From Octopus bimaculoides (lineage: Eukaryota), in NCBI RefSeq assembly GCF_001194135.2, contig NC_068999.1:15380859-15444858 (forward strand): a stretch of DNA of 64,000 nt. The letters run 5' to 3'. The translations under genes and the position numbers were made by a program. Positions 37,711 through 50,835 of the stretch are shown here, piece after piece. Position 1 is the first letter of the stretch, and every line of letters begins with the position of its first letter. Under the pieces are notes generated by a model, which searched no databases, was not told the origin of the DNA, and saw only the letters and a program-made list of their open reading frames with translations.

Positions 37711-38114
37711 GCGCAAAAAATGGTGGATGAAATCATATCTTTATTATTCATGGGAATGTAATTGGTCGGGCAAGGGTTGCTTCGGAAAACATAACTTCTC
37801 ATCGTAAGTCTAACCCAGATTAGATCATTTCACATCGTATACCACGAATACGGCAATAGAACGCATGGTAAATTAGCACCGAAAATCTTCTCCCTCTTTT
37901 CTGAGGCACATTTAAATTACTTTTCTTGTCTCACGTTCTTGGATGCAAGCAATTATTCTGGTCACGTACATGCGTCACGTTTTTCTTTTCTCTGCTATGA
38001 GACTCATATTAAAATCTTATTAACAAAGTCCGCGTAAAATTCAATCGGTTTAGCATGTATTCAGATAAAAGCATTTCCAGCCAAATCAGCTTAGTGTTCA
38101 ACAATTACAATAGA

Positions 38115-38138
38115 AGCAGCAGCAACAGTAACAGCAAC

Positions 38139-38216
<78 letters not shown>
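38115..38216. repeat. (CAG/CAA)-(TAG)n trinucleotide array
   Basis: Read directly. Confidence 0.95.
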
Positions 38217-39125
38217 TATAAAAATATTTGGAGAGAAATCGGACTTCTACATGTACACTACCTGAATAAAATACTATTTTCAAACACTGGGCATATATTT
38301 AAAGGCAACCGTCAATATAATACTACAAAGAAACTATAACGATGTATGCTCTGAAGTTCCATGCATCTGTATTTAGAGGTGTGTCAAAATGCAAAATAAT
38401 AGCAAGGTTTTATGGAAATAATAAGCTTTTCCTGTAGCGCTGGGAGAATTTGAGAACGCCATCAGCTCAGGGCTTTACTGAAACGGCAAGTATGAAGTAC
38501 AATAGCTCTTCGAAATGAAAAATGTTTTAACTCTTATGTGTGTTCAGCCGTTTTACAATAGTATTATTTTATGTATACAAATAGAGAAAATAAATAACAT
38601 CAATCAAATACTCTGTACAGTGTTTTTTAATCAACGTTCAAAGCAGTCGTATAGCAATGTAATATTTGATCTCAATGTTATAGCATCATTAGTTAGACTG
38701 TATTGTTAATTACATTTTCCTGTAACACTGTTTGCTTTAAAGGTATCGGTTTTTTTCTCTCTGTATCTGGATTTAATTAACGACTAAATGAAAACAAATT
38801 TTAGTTTAATTACAAAATATAATGCAAATTATGTGCTCGACTATCTCATAGACTAATTTATATTACTTGTATTTTATGAGGACGGTGACAGATATACTTA
38901 ACTAATGTGTTTCGTGACATTGCACAATGAATTATTTAAAAAAAATATATACATATAACATATACACACATATTTGTACAGAGAAGAATATAGCTATTTG
39001 TGTGAGTCTATATGTTTGTGAAAGGACACGTTAACTGAAAGGGTCCAAGGCTAAGCCGCTACTAAAAGTATTATAGTAGTATATAGACATACATATCTGT
39101 GTGTGGGGAGGTACGTAATTGGGTC

Positions 39126-39425
39126 TCCGTCGGTTACGACGACGAAGGTGGTGGTGGATCTCATCAATGGAACAGCCTACTCGTGAAATTAAGATGTCAG
39201 TGGCTGAACAATCTACAGACAAGCGTAGTTTAATGTAGTTCTCAGGGAGATTCAGCGTGACATGGTAGTGGGGAGGGACTTTTAGCTATAGGTACAACTT
39301 ATTTTCACTAGCTGAGTGGACTGGAGCAACGTGAAATAATGCGTTTTGCTCAAGGACACAACACGCCTCCGGGAATCTAACCCACGTCCGTAAGGCGAAT
39401 ATCCTAGCCACTAATGCACGTGCCT
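39126..39425 (-). mobile_element. SINE family 3
   Basis: Reverse complement has gtgtccttgagcaa..tttcacgttgctccagtccactcagct..cacgctgaatctccctgagaactac..cgtcgtaaccgacgg; same family as 49250-49508. Confidence 0.75.
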
Positions 39426-40345
39426 TTACTATATGTGTGTGTATATATATAGCCCAGGGCTGTAGTAGGAGAGAGTTGACCACGGTTGCATACAGACGGG
39501 CCGAACCCGAAGTCACGTAGTTGCAAATGGTTTATTAGTGTATGCTTATTAAGTGTACCATTTAAATATATGTCTATGTATTTATGTATTATGTATGTGC
39601 GTGCGTATGTGTGTATGTATGTACGTATGTATGTATGTATTATGTATGCACGTATGTATGTTTGTATGTATGTGTGTATGTATGCATGTATGTATGTATG
39701 AAGTTATTTATAGAGGGAGATTGGAGACGGGCAAACAGAAGTTGAACCAGAGATAGCAATCAATAGCATTTTTGCGCAGATTCTTCTCGAGTTTTGAAAA
39801 ACAGAGGGAACGATTGTTATATTGTCAAACTCTAATTGTCAGGCAATTGGAAATTGCTAAAAAGACTACAGTTATAGTGTCTATTAAATCTGTCAACCGA
39901 TGATTTTATCTCTCAACAATGGATACAGTCAATCTGAAGAACCTCTACAGACTTTCAGGCTAATTTCGTTCATAATCGCTAATCCTTACACACACACTAG
40001 TTGATGAATATCTATACTTCACTTCTTTTAAATCATTAGATATTTGTTTATGTGTCCAGTAAGGGGCTTTTCTTTTTAGATTTTACCAATTATGAATCTT
40101 CCTAAATGTAAAAACATTGTTCACATAGGACGATTTTAGATAAAAATTCAATATCGAACAAAAAAGATAATCCTGCACAAATCTTGAAGCTATTCGAGCG
40201 TATGATATAATATACGTCACATTCTCAGAGAAGAAAACGATCACAGAGCTCCATATCTACAAAAGAAAATTCTTCAGAATGAGACTGATAGTGGTGTTAA
40301 ACTTTAAAATCTTGCTATATATTTAAACCTATGTCCGAGTACTTA

Positions 40346-40393
40346 TGATACAACACTACATTTTACTTTTGATACAACACTACATTTTACTTT
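40346..40393. repeat. Perfect 24-bp tandem duplication tgatacaacactacattttacttt
   Basis: Read directly. Confidence 0.95.
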
Positions 40394-40404
40394 CTGGTAA
40401 AGGA

Positions 40405-40580
40405 ACAACGTCTGAGCGACCCCAGCATTCAACTGATACTTCGCTGATAGATCCCCGAAAGAATGAAAGGCGAAAACGACCGCGGCCGCACTTCAACTGA
40501 GAAGGCAAAGAACGGGAAGAAATGGTGCTAGTCATTTTTTCCGTTGCGGTAACGATACTGCTAGCTTGTCGCCTTACTTT
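40405..40580 (-). mobile_element. SINE family 1, diverged
   Basis: Reverse complement contains aaggcgacaagctagcag and tttcgcctttcattctttcgggga, matching family 1. Confidence 0.6.
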
Positions 40581-42602
40581 GATCAATACTGATACAAATT
40601 GATATATTTTATTGGCTTGAAGCTGTGTATATGTAGTATTGTAGCATTTGTATTGATTAAACACTTCTGTGATGGTGAACGAAATTATTGATGTACATGT
40701 CGGCAACAGCGATATATACATTTAAATCTATTAGAGCAGAATTCTCACAATATCGTTCCTCTCACTAATTAAGGGAAGTCACTACATTATATACAGGAGA
40801 GAGAACCGGAACTTCTATGTTATGAAATGCATTAGGCATTAATAATATAGAGACGAGTAGGCTGTGTAGATAACTTATAGAAACATGTCATCAGATATCT
40901 GAAAATAAGAGGAATTTATCTTGTGCCATAGACACTTGTATATTTTCTAGATTCATACTGCAAACTAGCTGAAACAACGTTAACATAGTGTGTGAAATGG
41001 AATGGTGTGTAATGCCAAATGAACATGATTCACATTACTTGTAGCAACTAAGCATCGATAACATTGATGGGTCCAAAATATAGTCATTGTATCTGGAAGA
41101 AATTGCAGTCGAATATCTTTTACGTCACAGATTTGTTAATGCGGAGCTTTGTACGCTCTCATATCAAATAAGCGGGATGATCGCCGTTGTAATACCTTTG
41201 ATCAAAGATCGGTTCGATCAGGGCTGATCGGATGATAAACAACGATAAAACAATAGAATAATAGATGTTTTGTTGCAGTTAATATCCTATCCTTTAATCA
41301 ATATGAAAATAATGCTTCCAACAGAGAGAGTTCACACAGAATATGATTTATTCTGCACAGCTTTTCGGTATAAAACTGTTAAACATATTTTTATCTACCT
41401 GCTAATTATGAGGAATATCAGCAGATCAAAGTAAGAAATCTTGTACGAGGTCGCTCGGATGGCTACTTACATACTTACTGATTATATAGATTATACCCTA
41501 CTTACTCAAAAATAAGGACACGTTGAATAATGTAATCATTGGGAAAAATATATAATGGTTATAGATAGAACGCCTTTCCTAATACATTTGGATCGGGTAT
41601 GTCCCTGGGATAACAAGGACATAACTTATTTTGTGACGTTTGATATCATCCTCATCTACTAAAGAGTCGTAACATAATGCATATATTTGCAACTGACCAG
41701 AGGGAAATAGTGCAAAATAGAATTTCATTTTATTTGTCAGAATACATAAATGTCAGTGAACGTAGACCAATGAATAAACAGCTCCAACTATGAGAAATCG
41801 CTTTAATTAAATTCCTTCACTTCCTTTGTAACGATTTCCACAGGCGATTCAATAAAATTCTGAAGCTATGTCTATTTGCAACTTTTACTTCAATACACAT
41901 GTGATTTTCGGAACACTCTGGGCATTTCAGATATTTGTCTACCGTTCGATTTTATGTAAATGACTGTATTGAAATAGTAATTAGTCAACCAAGTTAACAT
42001 TTGCCGTTTGTAACGTGCAAGGTATCTTATGGCTAATAATTGTTTTGTTTCATTTAATATATACATTCATCTACACATAACTATCATGTTGTCTATCGAC
42101 TTGGCTTCGGAGATAATCGCACAATCTTGTGGTCATTTCAGTACAAGGTATTTAAAGTAGATCTTTCTTCTATTCTGAGTAATATCACTATGAGTCAATA
42201 AGTAAGTTCCAGTGTAGTTATTCAGTCTGCTTTAATAGCTATTAAATTTCCTTGGATGATAAATTAGCATCTTTGAAAAGAAAAGACTCCTTCAATATTG
42301 TAATTCAAGATAAATAGGATGGGTTGGTCAGGGTCATTTTTAATATGTTTTCTTATACTTCTGCGCAATTACACTTCATTTCATGTTTAACAACTACTGT
42401 GAATATAAATAAATATGCGAAAAAAACTCATCCACTCAAAACAGTGCAAAATCTAAAATAAGAATTTCCCTTTAAAACAAAATACATATTCGGTATTGGA
42501 AGCACACATTTTTATGACATGCATTTAACTATCTTTTTTAGCTTTTATTTATTTCAATCTCTGGACTACAGCCATGCTTAAGCAACACCTTGAAATATTT
42601 AG

Positions 42603-42636
<34 letters not shown>

Positions 42637-43477
42637 NNNNNNNNNNNNNNNNNNNNNNNNNNNNNNNNNNNNNNNNNNNNNNNNNNNNNNNNNNNNNNNN
42701 NNNNNNNNNNNNNNNNNNNNNNNNNNNNNNNNNNNNNNNNNNNNNNNNNNNNNNNNNNNNNNNNNNNNNNNNNNNNNNNNNNNNNNNNNNNNNNNNNNNN
42801 NNNNNNNNNNNNNNNNNNNNNNNNNNNNNNNNNNNNNNNNNNNNNNNNNNNNNNNNNNNNNNNNNNNNNNNNNNNNNNNNNNNNNNNNNNNNNNNNNNNN
42901 NNNNNNNNNNNNNNNNNNNNNNNNNNNNNNNNNNNNNNNNNNNNNNNNNNNNNNNNNNNNNNNNNNNNNNNNNNNNNNNNNNNNNNNNNNNNNNNNNNNN
43001 NNNNNNNNNNNNNNNNNNNNNNNNNNNNNNNNNNNNNNNNNNNNNNNNNNNNNNNNNNNNNNNNNNNNNNNNNNNNNNNNNNNNNNNNNNNNNNNNNNNN
43101 NNNNNNNNNNNNNNNNNNNNNNNNNNNNNNNNNNNNNNNNNNNNNNNNNNNNNNNNNNNNNNNNNNNNNNNNNNNNNNNNNNNNNNNNNNNNNNNNNNNN
43201 NNNNNNNNNNNNNNNNNNNNNNNNNNNNNNNNNNNNNNNNNNNNNNNNNNNNNNNNNNNNNNNNNNNNNNNNNNNNNNNNNNNNNNNNNNNNNNNNNNNN
43301 NNNNNNNNNNNNNNNNNNNNNNNNNNNNNNNNNNNNNNNNNNNNNNNNNNNNNNNNNNNNNNNNNNNNNNNNNNNNNNNNNNNNNNNNNNNNNNNNNNNN
43401 NNNNNNNNNNNNNNNNNNNNNNNNNNNNNNNNNNNNNNNNNNNNNNNNNNNNNNNNNNNNNNNNNNNNNNNNNNNNN

Positions 43478-43666
43478 GCGGTATTTCGTCTGCCGCTACG
43501 TTCTGAGTTCAAATTGCGCCGAGGTCGACTTTGCCTTTCATCCTTTCGGGGTCGATTAAATAAGTACCAGTTACGCACTGGGGTCGATATAATTGACTTA
43601 ATCCGTGTTTGTCTGTCCTTGTTTATCCCCTCTGTGTGTAGCCCCTTGTGGGTAGTAAAGAAATAA
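43478..43666 (+). mobile_element. SINE family 1 (5' end in gap)
   Basis: High identity by eye to 5315-5503. Confidence 0.85.
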
Positions 43667-43685
43667 CACATTGACGGTAACTCTG

Positions 43686-43835
43686 TCAGTTACCGTCATC
43701 CAAATATGCTCACAAGATATTGGTCGACCTGGATCTATAGTAGAAGACACCTGCCTAAGGTGCCACGCACTGGGAAACATCCTGGACCTCTGTGCTTGGG
43801 GAGCAAACTTCTTTCTGCTCAGTTATGGCTGTGCT
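43686..43835 (-). mobile_element. SINE family 2, 5' half
   Basis: cagttaccgtcatccaaat..ctatagtagaagacacctgcctaaggtgccacgcactggga, matching the 36090-36270 segment. Confidence 0.7.
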
Positions 43836-46494
43836 CCTCTGTGAAACATAAATTGTTTCAGCAGAGTAGGTGTATTATTCATCTCCACATTTGAATCAAC
43901 TATTATTTTGATTTTTAAATTCGCTATCAAACATGAAGTATATAATGAAAGTATTTCCTAATTAATATTTCCCATGCTGTGTTTTAAAAAATCCTATCTA
44001 ATGATATACATATCAATTGAAGATTGAAGAGCTAATATGTACACCATCGCCAAGAATACTGGCAATTTAAAAGAAACTTTCCTATTTCGTTACCAAATTA
44101 CATAGTGTACTTCAGTTATATCGTCCTTAGATCATTAACAATTTGTTTCGTTTATCACTCTCTCTTTCTACTTCCATACTTCCAATCTTTTAACCTAAAA
44201 ATGTTTCAAATGATTATTTCAGAATCTTTTTTGTATTATTCAAGAGAGATTGCTTAAATACTGCAATACCAAATTATAAAACATACAGACAATAGCTTTA
44301 CTAAATTTTGCCAATTTGAGCAAAACTGTTGAACGACAATTTTACGAAAAAAAAATGCTAAGCAACTCTAAAATATAAATGATTCATCATCATGAATGTT
44401 TAGTATTTAGGAGATATTCATTTCTATTTTGTTTAGTTTCTCATATATTTTAATTCAATTATATATTTTCCCGTGGAAGTTATTAGGGGAAGTAAAAAGA
44501 AAACAAATTCGTGTTTGAAAAACCTAAATTAGTTTTCATTTTAAATATTATAAAAATCGATATTCTGATTATTTTAGAAGATTTACGTACTTATTTGAAC
44601 CACTTGTGTGTGAAAGATATTTTCTTTATTTCTAGAAATTACTGATTAATTATTTTGGTTCGATTGAATTATTTTTTTCCTATCATTAATATTGCATGCA
44701 ATGCAAGAGAAGTATCTGAATATATTTATATATTTATATATTTATTTATTCATTTGTGTTCATATTTTGTCGGAAGAAATATGATATCTAATTAGACGAC
44801 AGCGTGTAAACATTTTGTAAATGCTAAGTGCCATCTCGGAAACTAACGGTCTCTCGTCACCATCTTGTTGAAATAGAAACATATGCGACGTCCTGAAATA
44901 TAATTGGATACATTAAGAATAACAAAAAGGAAAAAAGACTGAAAACATTAAAACAATACAAAACATCCTAACACTAAATAGTAAAAGACGAAAACAAAGA
45001 CACAATTCTAAAACAACTAACAGTTAGTGATATAATGATTGCTTTCTTGAACATCGTTAAATAGAATATTTATAACGATTTTACACGAAAACGCTCAAAT
45101 TACATTATACGTGAAAGTCGCTGCAATTTGCTATCCTATTATAGGAGATTTAAAATACTATCTTGCAGAAAATTACGAATTATGATCATTAGAAAATCAA
45201 ACATATCAAAATATGATCTATTTTGTGTTTTCGTGATTCTGGTAAATATTCAATTTTCGCTTAAATATGATTTTATAAATGTTATTTAGACATTATGCCA
45301 GTGTAAAAGGTTTTACTGTTCGTACATATTGCGACGTTATCATGGATTGATATATTTCCCATCTCTGAAAGACAAAAAAACAGCTCATACATTGTCATGA
45401 CAGAGAAACAGTAGAATAAAAGAGAGTAACACAAGGAGAGATTTTTATATATGTATTATTCGGGAGGGAAAGTTGATGCCAAAGTTTCATACATGACATA
45501 GATATAAAGATGGTGGACTAAGGTATCCAAAACCCGGAGACCTGTTTTGAACGCTCAAAACAGACATAAAATGTATTAATGAAACCACACATGGTGGTGC
45601 TAAACTGAGGGACGGATCAACTTTATACCACTCAAATTGATGCGCTTCAATTTGAAGTCTGAACGTTAACAGCCGAAACAAATGCGTAGTGTTTTGAAAT
45701 CCCTCCATGGCTTCACCGACACACTGTTGTGTATGCATGTACATGTATATAAGTATANNNNNNNNNNNNNNNNNNNNNNNNNNNNNNNNNNNNNNNNNNN
45801 NNNNNNNNNNNNNNNNNNNNNNNNNNNNNNNNNNNNNNNNNNNNNNNNNNNNNNNNNNNNNNNNNNNNNNNNNNNNNNNNNNNNNNNNNNNNNNNNNNNN
45901 NNNNNNNNNNNNNNNNNNNNNNNNNNNNNNNNNNNNNNNNNNNNNNNNNNNNNNNNNNNNNNNNNNNNNNNNNNNNNNNNNNNNNNNNNNNNNNNNNNNN
46001 NNNNNNNNNNNNNNNNNNNNNNNNNNNNNNNNNNNNNNNNNNNNNNNNNNNNNNNNNNNNNNNNNNNNNNNNNNNNNNNNNNNNNNNNNNNNNNNNNNNN
46101 NNNNNNNNNNNNNNNNNNNNNNNNNNNNNNNNNNNNNNNNNNNNNNNNNNNNNNNNNNNNNNNNNNNNNNNNNNNNNNNNNNNNNNNNNNNNNNNNNNNN
46201 NNNNNNNNNNNNNNNNNNNNNGAGCATCCAAAAGAAGAAAGACTTTTTTTTTACTTCTGACTTTTCTTTTCATTTATGGAATCCTATTCACCCTGATGAA
46301 ACTCCATATATATATATATATATATATGGAAAAGTCTGGTTGATGGCCAAACTTCTCCGTACTTTTATATGGCTTAGAAAATCCGAAGGGCCACTGCAAT
46401 AAGTATGCGAATCTGAGAGGAGAATATGCTGAATAAAAACATTATTGACAAATAATGTTTACCCGGATCTAGGAATTTTTACCACTCTTACTCT

Positions 46495-47980
46495 TTTTTA
46501 AAAAAGGAGGTGACGGCAAGAACAAAGCTACATCCGATATAGTTAATAGGCTTGCAGTTTGGCACCTGGAACGTCAATCTTATGCGAAAGAAATACTTAG
46601 TAATTCGATGGACGGATGAACCGATGAAATTTCTCGGGTCTGCTTTGGACCGGATTTCCAGTTAGACGAGAAATGCTACAAGGATACAAGCTGTGTAGCC
46701 AGAAATATGCTGAGAGTGAATTGTCTCCGAAATGTCGGGCAGAGATGACAAGCAATTACATAACCTTACTGGCCGATTGTTTTGCTTTGCTCGAGTTCAA
46801 GTTTGGCCAGACTGAAGCGTCTACTTTCCAGCTTCCCGTAGAAAGGACGCATTCCGCTGGTGAAGCGATCCACTTCTTCTCAGCGCCATCTGTAAGACAG
46901 GTTTGGCAGACATGGCAGCTGATGCACAGAACTGTGTTGCGGCTACATCACTTACAGGTTTTCATGGACGGTGAAGTTGTGGGCTATCCAGTTGTAAGAC
47001 ACGCATTTCCGTAGGTCATCTCTTTTGCAGAGCTGCAGGCGTGGGTAAGAAAGACCAAGATCATGCGTCTAGCACCTGGAAGGTTGTCAGGCGTTCACTC
47101 CCATCTATCAGTCGTGCAATATGTTCGGCGGAACTTCTAAGTTAGCAATATACAGAGACCTGTGGAATGTAGGAGCAATGAGGTTCTCGGACAAACTCTA
47201 AACTCCCACGAGGATGAAGTAGCTGGTCTGTCTCGGAGGATTTTTGTGCCCAGCTATCTCATCAATAACATCCAGTAATCCCTAGCTTAGCAGTACTACT
47301 GAGGAGCACTGCCAGGTCGAGATAAATTCTACAGGCACAGACGCACTGTCAGTCCGGATTGTCAGAGACGCGTACTGAACGACGAAATCGTACTACATGT
47401 ATGAGTACAACGTTCGAGTATTGCCGATTTGTATAGTCAAACAGCTGCTATTGCGTGTGGGAGGAATCCGACTAGTAGTTGACTCTATCTAGAGGATACC
47501 CAACACCACTCATATTTAATAAAGCGAGCAGATGGTATTCTTTTCTCTAGTAACTATGGCGAAGGACTTGGTGTGGTGGACAAGACTTGAACGCTTGAAA
47601 AGAGACACCTTCTTCTTCTGTCAAGTCATCAAGCACTTTCCCAAGTTCCACTCAGAAATGCAAGTGTAAATAGTAACATTTCCGAAAAATGGGTGACTGT
47701 GCTGAAATTGGTTTGGTGAATGGCCGTACTCTAAGCATGTGCATGTAGATTAAAGAAAACATGTTGAATGAGGTTTGTGCTTCTGGTAGTCAAGGCAATG
47801 ATGGGAGTGTGAGGTTCCTTGATTAGCTCTGGTAGGAGGTTGTACTCTATTAGGAAGACAGCGTCTTTCATATCATCAAATACTTTGTATATTTTACATA
47901 CCTTGTATATTATAAATATTTTTATATCATTTCACCGTCCTTTCCATTTCTTTCTTCTTATCATTTATGTAAACCAGTGG
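46495..47980 (+). mobile_element. Older Tx1-clade LINE remnant (post-RT region, zinc knuckle, probable 3' UTR)
   Basis: RWTDEPMKFLG..FGPDFQ and QKYAESELSPKCRAEMTSNYI match the 12.5-14.9 kb copy (CTDGLVKLLGCWFGRDLQ; QQWADRNLFLKGRTEVTNAYI); DEIVLH and LLLRVGGIRL region at 47370-47490; heavily mutated; ends approximate. Confidence 0.8.
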
Positions 47981-48039
47981 TTCGCAAAATTGTTCATGCC
48001 GCTGCTCTCTTAGCCCAGGCCACATTCCTAGCGCACAAC

Positions 48040-48290
48040 ACCCACTCACCACCACAAACATAGACCACCTTCTGTAGCCAATTCAAAACAACCGTATTTC
48101 ACAATTTAACCTAATTAACCCATTATATTGGCGGGGTTTTAGATACGTTCAAACCATTTGGCCACCCCATTATCGTCCATCATTCCTTTTCTCCACCGTG
48201 TCCAAGAGGAAGTACACACCACATTGCCAACCACTGATGTAAACCATCACACAAATTGCAAACACTCCTTGTGATGTTCCCTTCATCTCT
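48040..48290 (-). mobile_element. Possible RTE-like LINE 3' fragment
   Basis: Minus-strand GH....WT...KWF..KxPPIxW pieces across frameshifts; weak. Confidence 0.3.
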
Positions 48291-48669
48291 GCCCTTGTGG
48301 CATACCAAATATAATAAGTTAGTACTAGTATTAATTGTAGGATCATCAGTATTGCTATTGTTGTTGTTGTTACGTAAATACCAATTTGCAAATTCTCTGT
48401 GGCTTTCTGCTGCTCTTACATTAGTTTATAAATCTGCGTGTACATTTTCAAATCTGATTTCAACAGAAGATTGCAAAAATAAGCATATGATCTATTTTGA
48501 TGGAAATGTGTGAATATAAATTATTGGAAAATTCGCATCAAAAATATTAATGGAATATAGTCTTTCGAGATATTAATTCATATCTACTTTTGTCTTTGAA
48601 ATTAATTCTCACCAAATACACATACAGAATTGGTGATATGTGTATATATATATGCATGTATGTATGTAT

Positions 48670-48705
<36 letters not shown>

Positions 48706-48727
48706 GTATGTATATATGTATACATTT

Positions 48728-48769
<42 letters not shown>

Positions 48770-48783
48770 CTATATATATATAC

Positions 48784-48814
<31 letters not shown>

Positions 48815-49249
48815 AATGCATATACATGCGTGTGTGTGTGTGCGTGTGTGTGTGTGTGTTTGTGTATGAAATATGTTTAGATGAATGTTTTTGCATATAA
48901 TTAATATTTCCCTTATCGCATACACAAGCAAGTGTATGTTAGTGTACATCTATGAATAAAGATACGTGGAGGAAGGCAGCTGGAGAGGGAGAGAATGAGG
49001 GGAAAGAGCAAAATAAATTCACACCTAGAACCTTGTGACTTTATTGACTTACAAACCTACAACACGTCTCGGGTGCAATATTCACGTCGTATAAAAAAGC
49101 AACATGAAATGTATGGTCTGGACTTTTAAGCACTTCGTTATTAATTCATATGATCTACATTAATAAGACAACTAGGATGAAATGCATTCCCGTAACACTT
49201 GAAATATGATGCGTACTTTTTTGACAACTTTAGTAAAAATGACGAAAGT

Positions 49250-49508
49250 GATTAGAGTAAGATCGTAAGTTCATGAGTTCGATTTCTGGCGTTGCATTGA
49301 GTCCTTGAGCAAGACACTTTATTTCACGTTGCTCCAGTCTATTCAACTTTTGAAAGTGAGTAGTAACTGTAAGTCAAAACGTCACCGTTGTCATATTATG
49401 TGTCACGCTGTGTCTCCCCGAGAAGTACGTTAAGGGCACGCGTGTATGTTGGAGTGCTCGGCTGTTCTGTTGATCGTATCAACTGGAATTTTCGCCATCG
49501 TAACTAAA
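49250..49508 (+). mobile_element. SINE family 3
   Basis: gagttcgatttc B-box, gtccttgagcaagacactttatttcacgttgctccagtc, tacgttaagggcacgcgtgt. Confidence 0.75.
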
Positions 49509-49778
49509 TGATGAGGAGGATTCTTTGATTATTCTCGCAAGAAAGCAAGAGATCTTGCTTTTTTCTATGAAGGATATTAGTTCGTAGATATCTATGAGGT
49601 TATTATTCTCGACTATGAATCCTCTCACATTGTCACACTTCTTCGGAACTCCACGGAATACAACCTTTCAGAACCAGTAAGATTTTCTCATGGCAGCAGT
49701 TAATTAACTAGGAGAAGCTGAAAATTGTAAGACCCTAATACAATGAAGGAAAATGGGACGTAACTTTAGGGATTCATA

Positions 49779-49991
49779 TTCTTTTATTCTTTTACTTGTT
49801 TCAGTCATTTCCCCTGCGGACATGCTGGAGCACCACATGTAGTCTAGCAAATCGACCCCAGGACTTATTCTTTCTAAGCGTAGTACTTATTCTATCGGTC
49901 TCTTTTGCTGAACCGCTAAGTTACGGGGAGGTAAACACGCCAGCGTCGGTTTTCAAGTGATGTTGGCGGGGACAAACACAGATACACAAAC
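49779..49991 (-). mobile_element. SINE family 2, 3' half
   Basis: cttttacttgtttcagtcatt..catgctggagcacc..aaatcgaccccaggacttattc..gaaccgctaagttacgggg; related fragments at 36735-36855 and 35985-36275. Confidence 0.75.
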
Positions 49992-50149
49992 TTTGTTTGT
50001 CCAGCAAAATGAAAGTAAAGCTATTCTTCTATACGATACAGCTTTGTTTCTACGTTCATTGACGTTGAAACTGAATCTTTGAATTCTCCTTCTTCGAATA
50101 CTACATGTTTTTTTTAAGAACAATGTTTTTCATATGGCCAACTTTATTT

Positions 50150-50690
50150 AGGAACATCACGTGAATGGCCAAAAGCAAATGTTTTTGGTTATGCACCCCG
50201 AAATAAGGCACATAAGACAGGTTGTTTATAAAGAACTATTCACTTAATGCAACATGAATAATTCAATAACTTAATTTGCTATTACAATCACTATATTCAA
50301 TAATGACTAAATTACCTATTTAAATGAACTGTATTATATAATTCCCATTACTGTATTGATAAATACATAACGCATAGAACTCATTTATTATTGTCATATA
50401 ATAAGCATTATATCATACTGTCATGTAATAAACAAACATATAATAAACACACATAAATAAACACACATGCAGGAGGAGTAAGTCTAGATTTGTTGTGTTA
50501 GCATCACTCTGATTCATATTCGAAACTGTGTGGGAGCATTACGTGTGGGAACAAAAGCAAATCTTTATGCTTATGCACTCCGAAATAAAACAAAAGAAAA
50601 ACATTGTTTATAATGAAATATTCACTCTTAATGCAACATGAATACTTCAATAACTTAATTCGTCATTACTATCATTACCTTCACGAATGA
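50150..50690. repeat. Dispersed direct repeat, ~155 bp x2 (50150-50307 and 50532-50690)
   Basis: Shared blocks aaaagcaaat, ttatgcac(c/t)ccgaaataa, ttgtttata, tattcact, taatgcaacatgaata, ttcaataacttaatt. Confidence 0.85.
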
Positions 50691-50835
50691 AATCGATCTT
50701 TTTTCTACTTCAATCATCACATATTTTTCTCTTACAAAATACACAAGTACAGGGGGTTCATATGTGAAATTGATCTATTTTCCACTTCAATTACTACATA
50801 TTTTTCTCTTCGAAAAATACACACATACAGGAGGA
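50691..50835. repeat. ~65-bp tandem duplication (50691-50753 and 50769-50833)
   Basis: aat(c/t)gatct..ttt(ct/cc)acttcaat..acatatttttctctt..aaatacaca..tacagg occurs twice. Confidence 0.8.

Noticed and set aside
46673-47014. 113-aa plus-strand ORF as a novel gene
   Set aside because: It is part of the decayed Tx1 LINE at 46495-47980.
47978-48000. cagtggttcgcaaa, hAT-like TIR start
   Set aside because: No matching opposite TIR or 8-bp TSD found.
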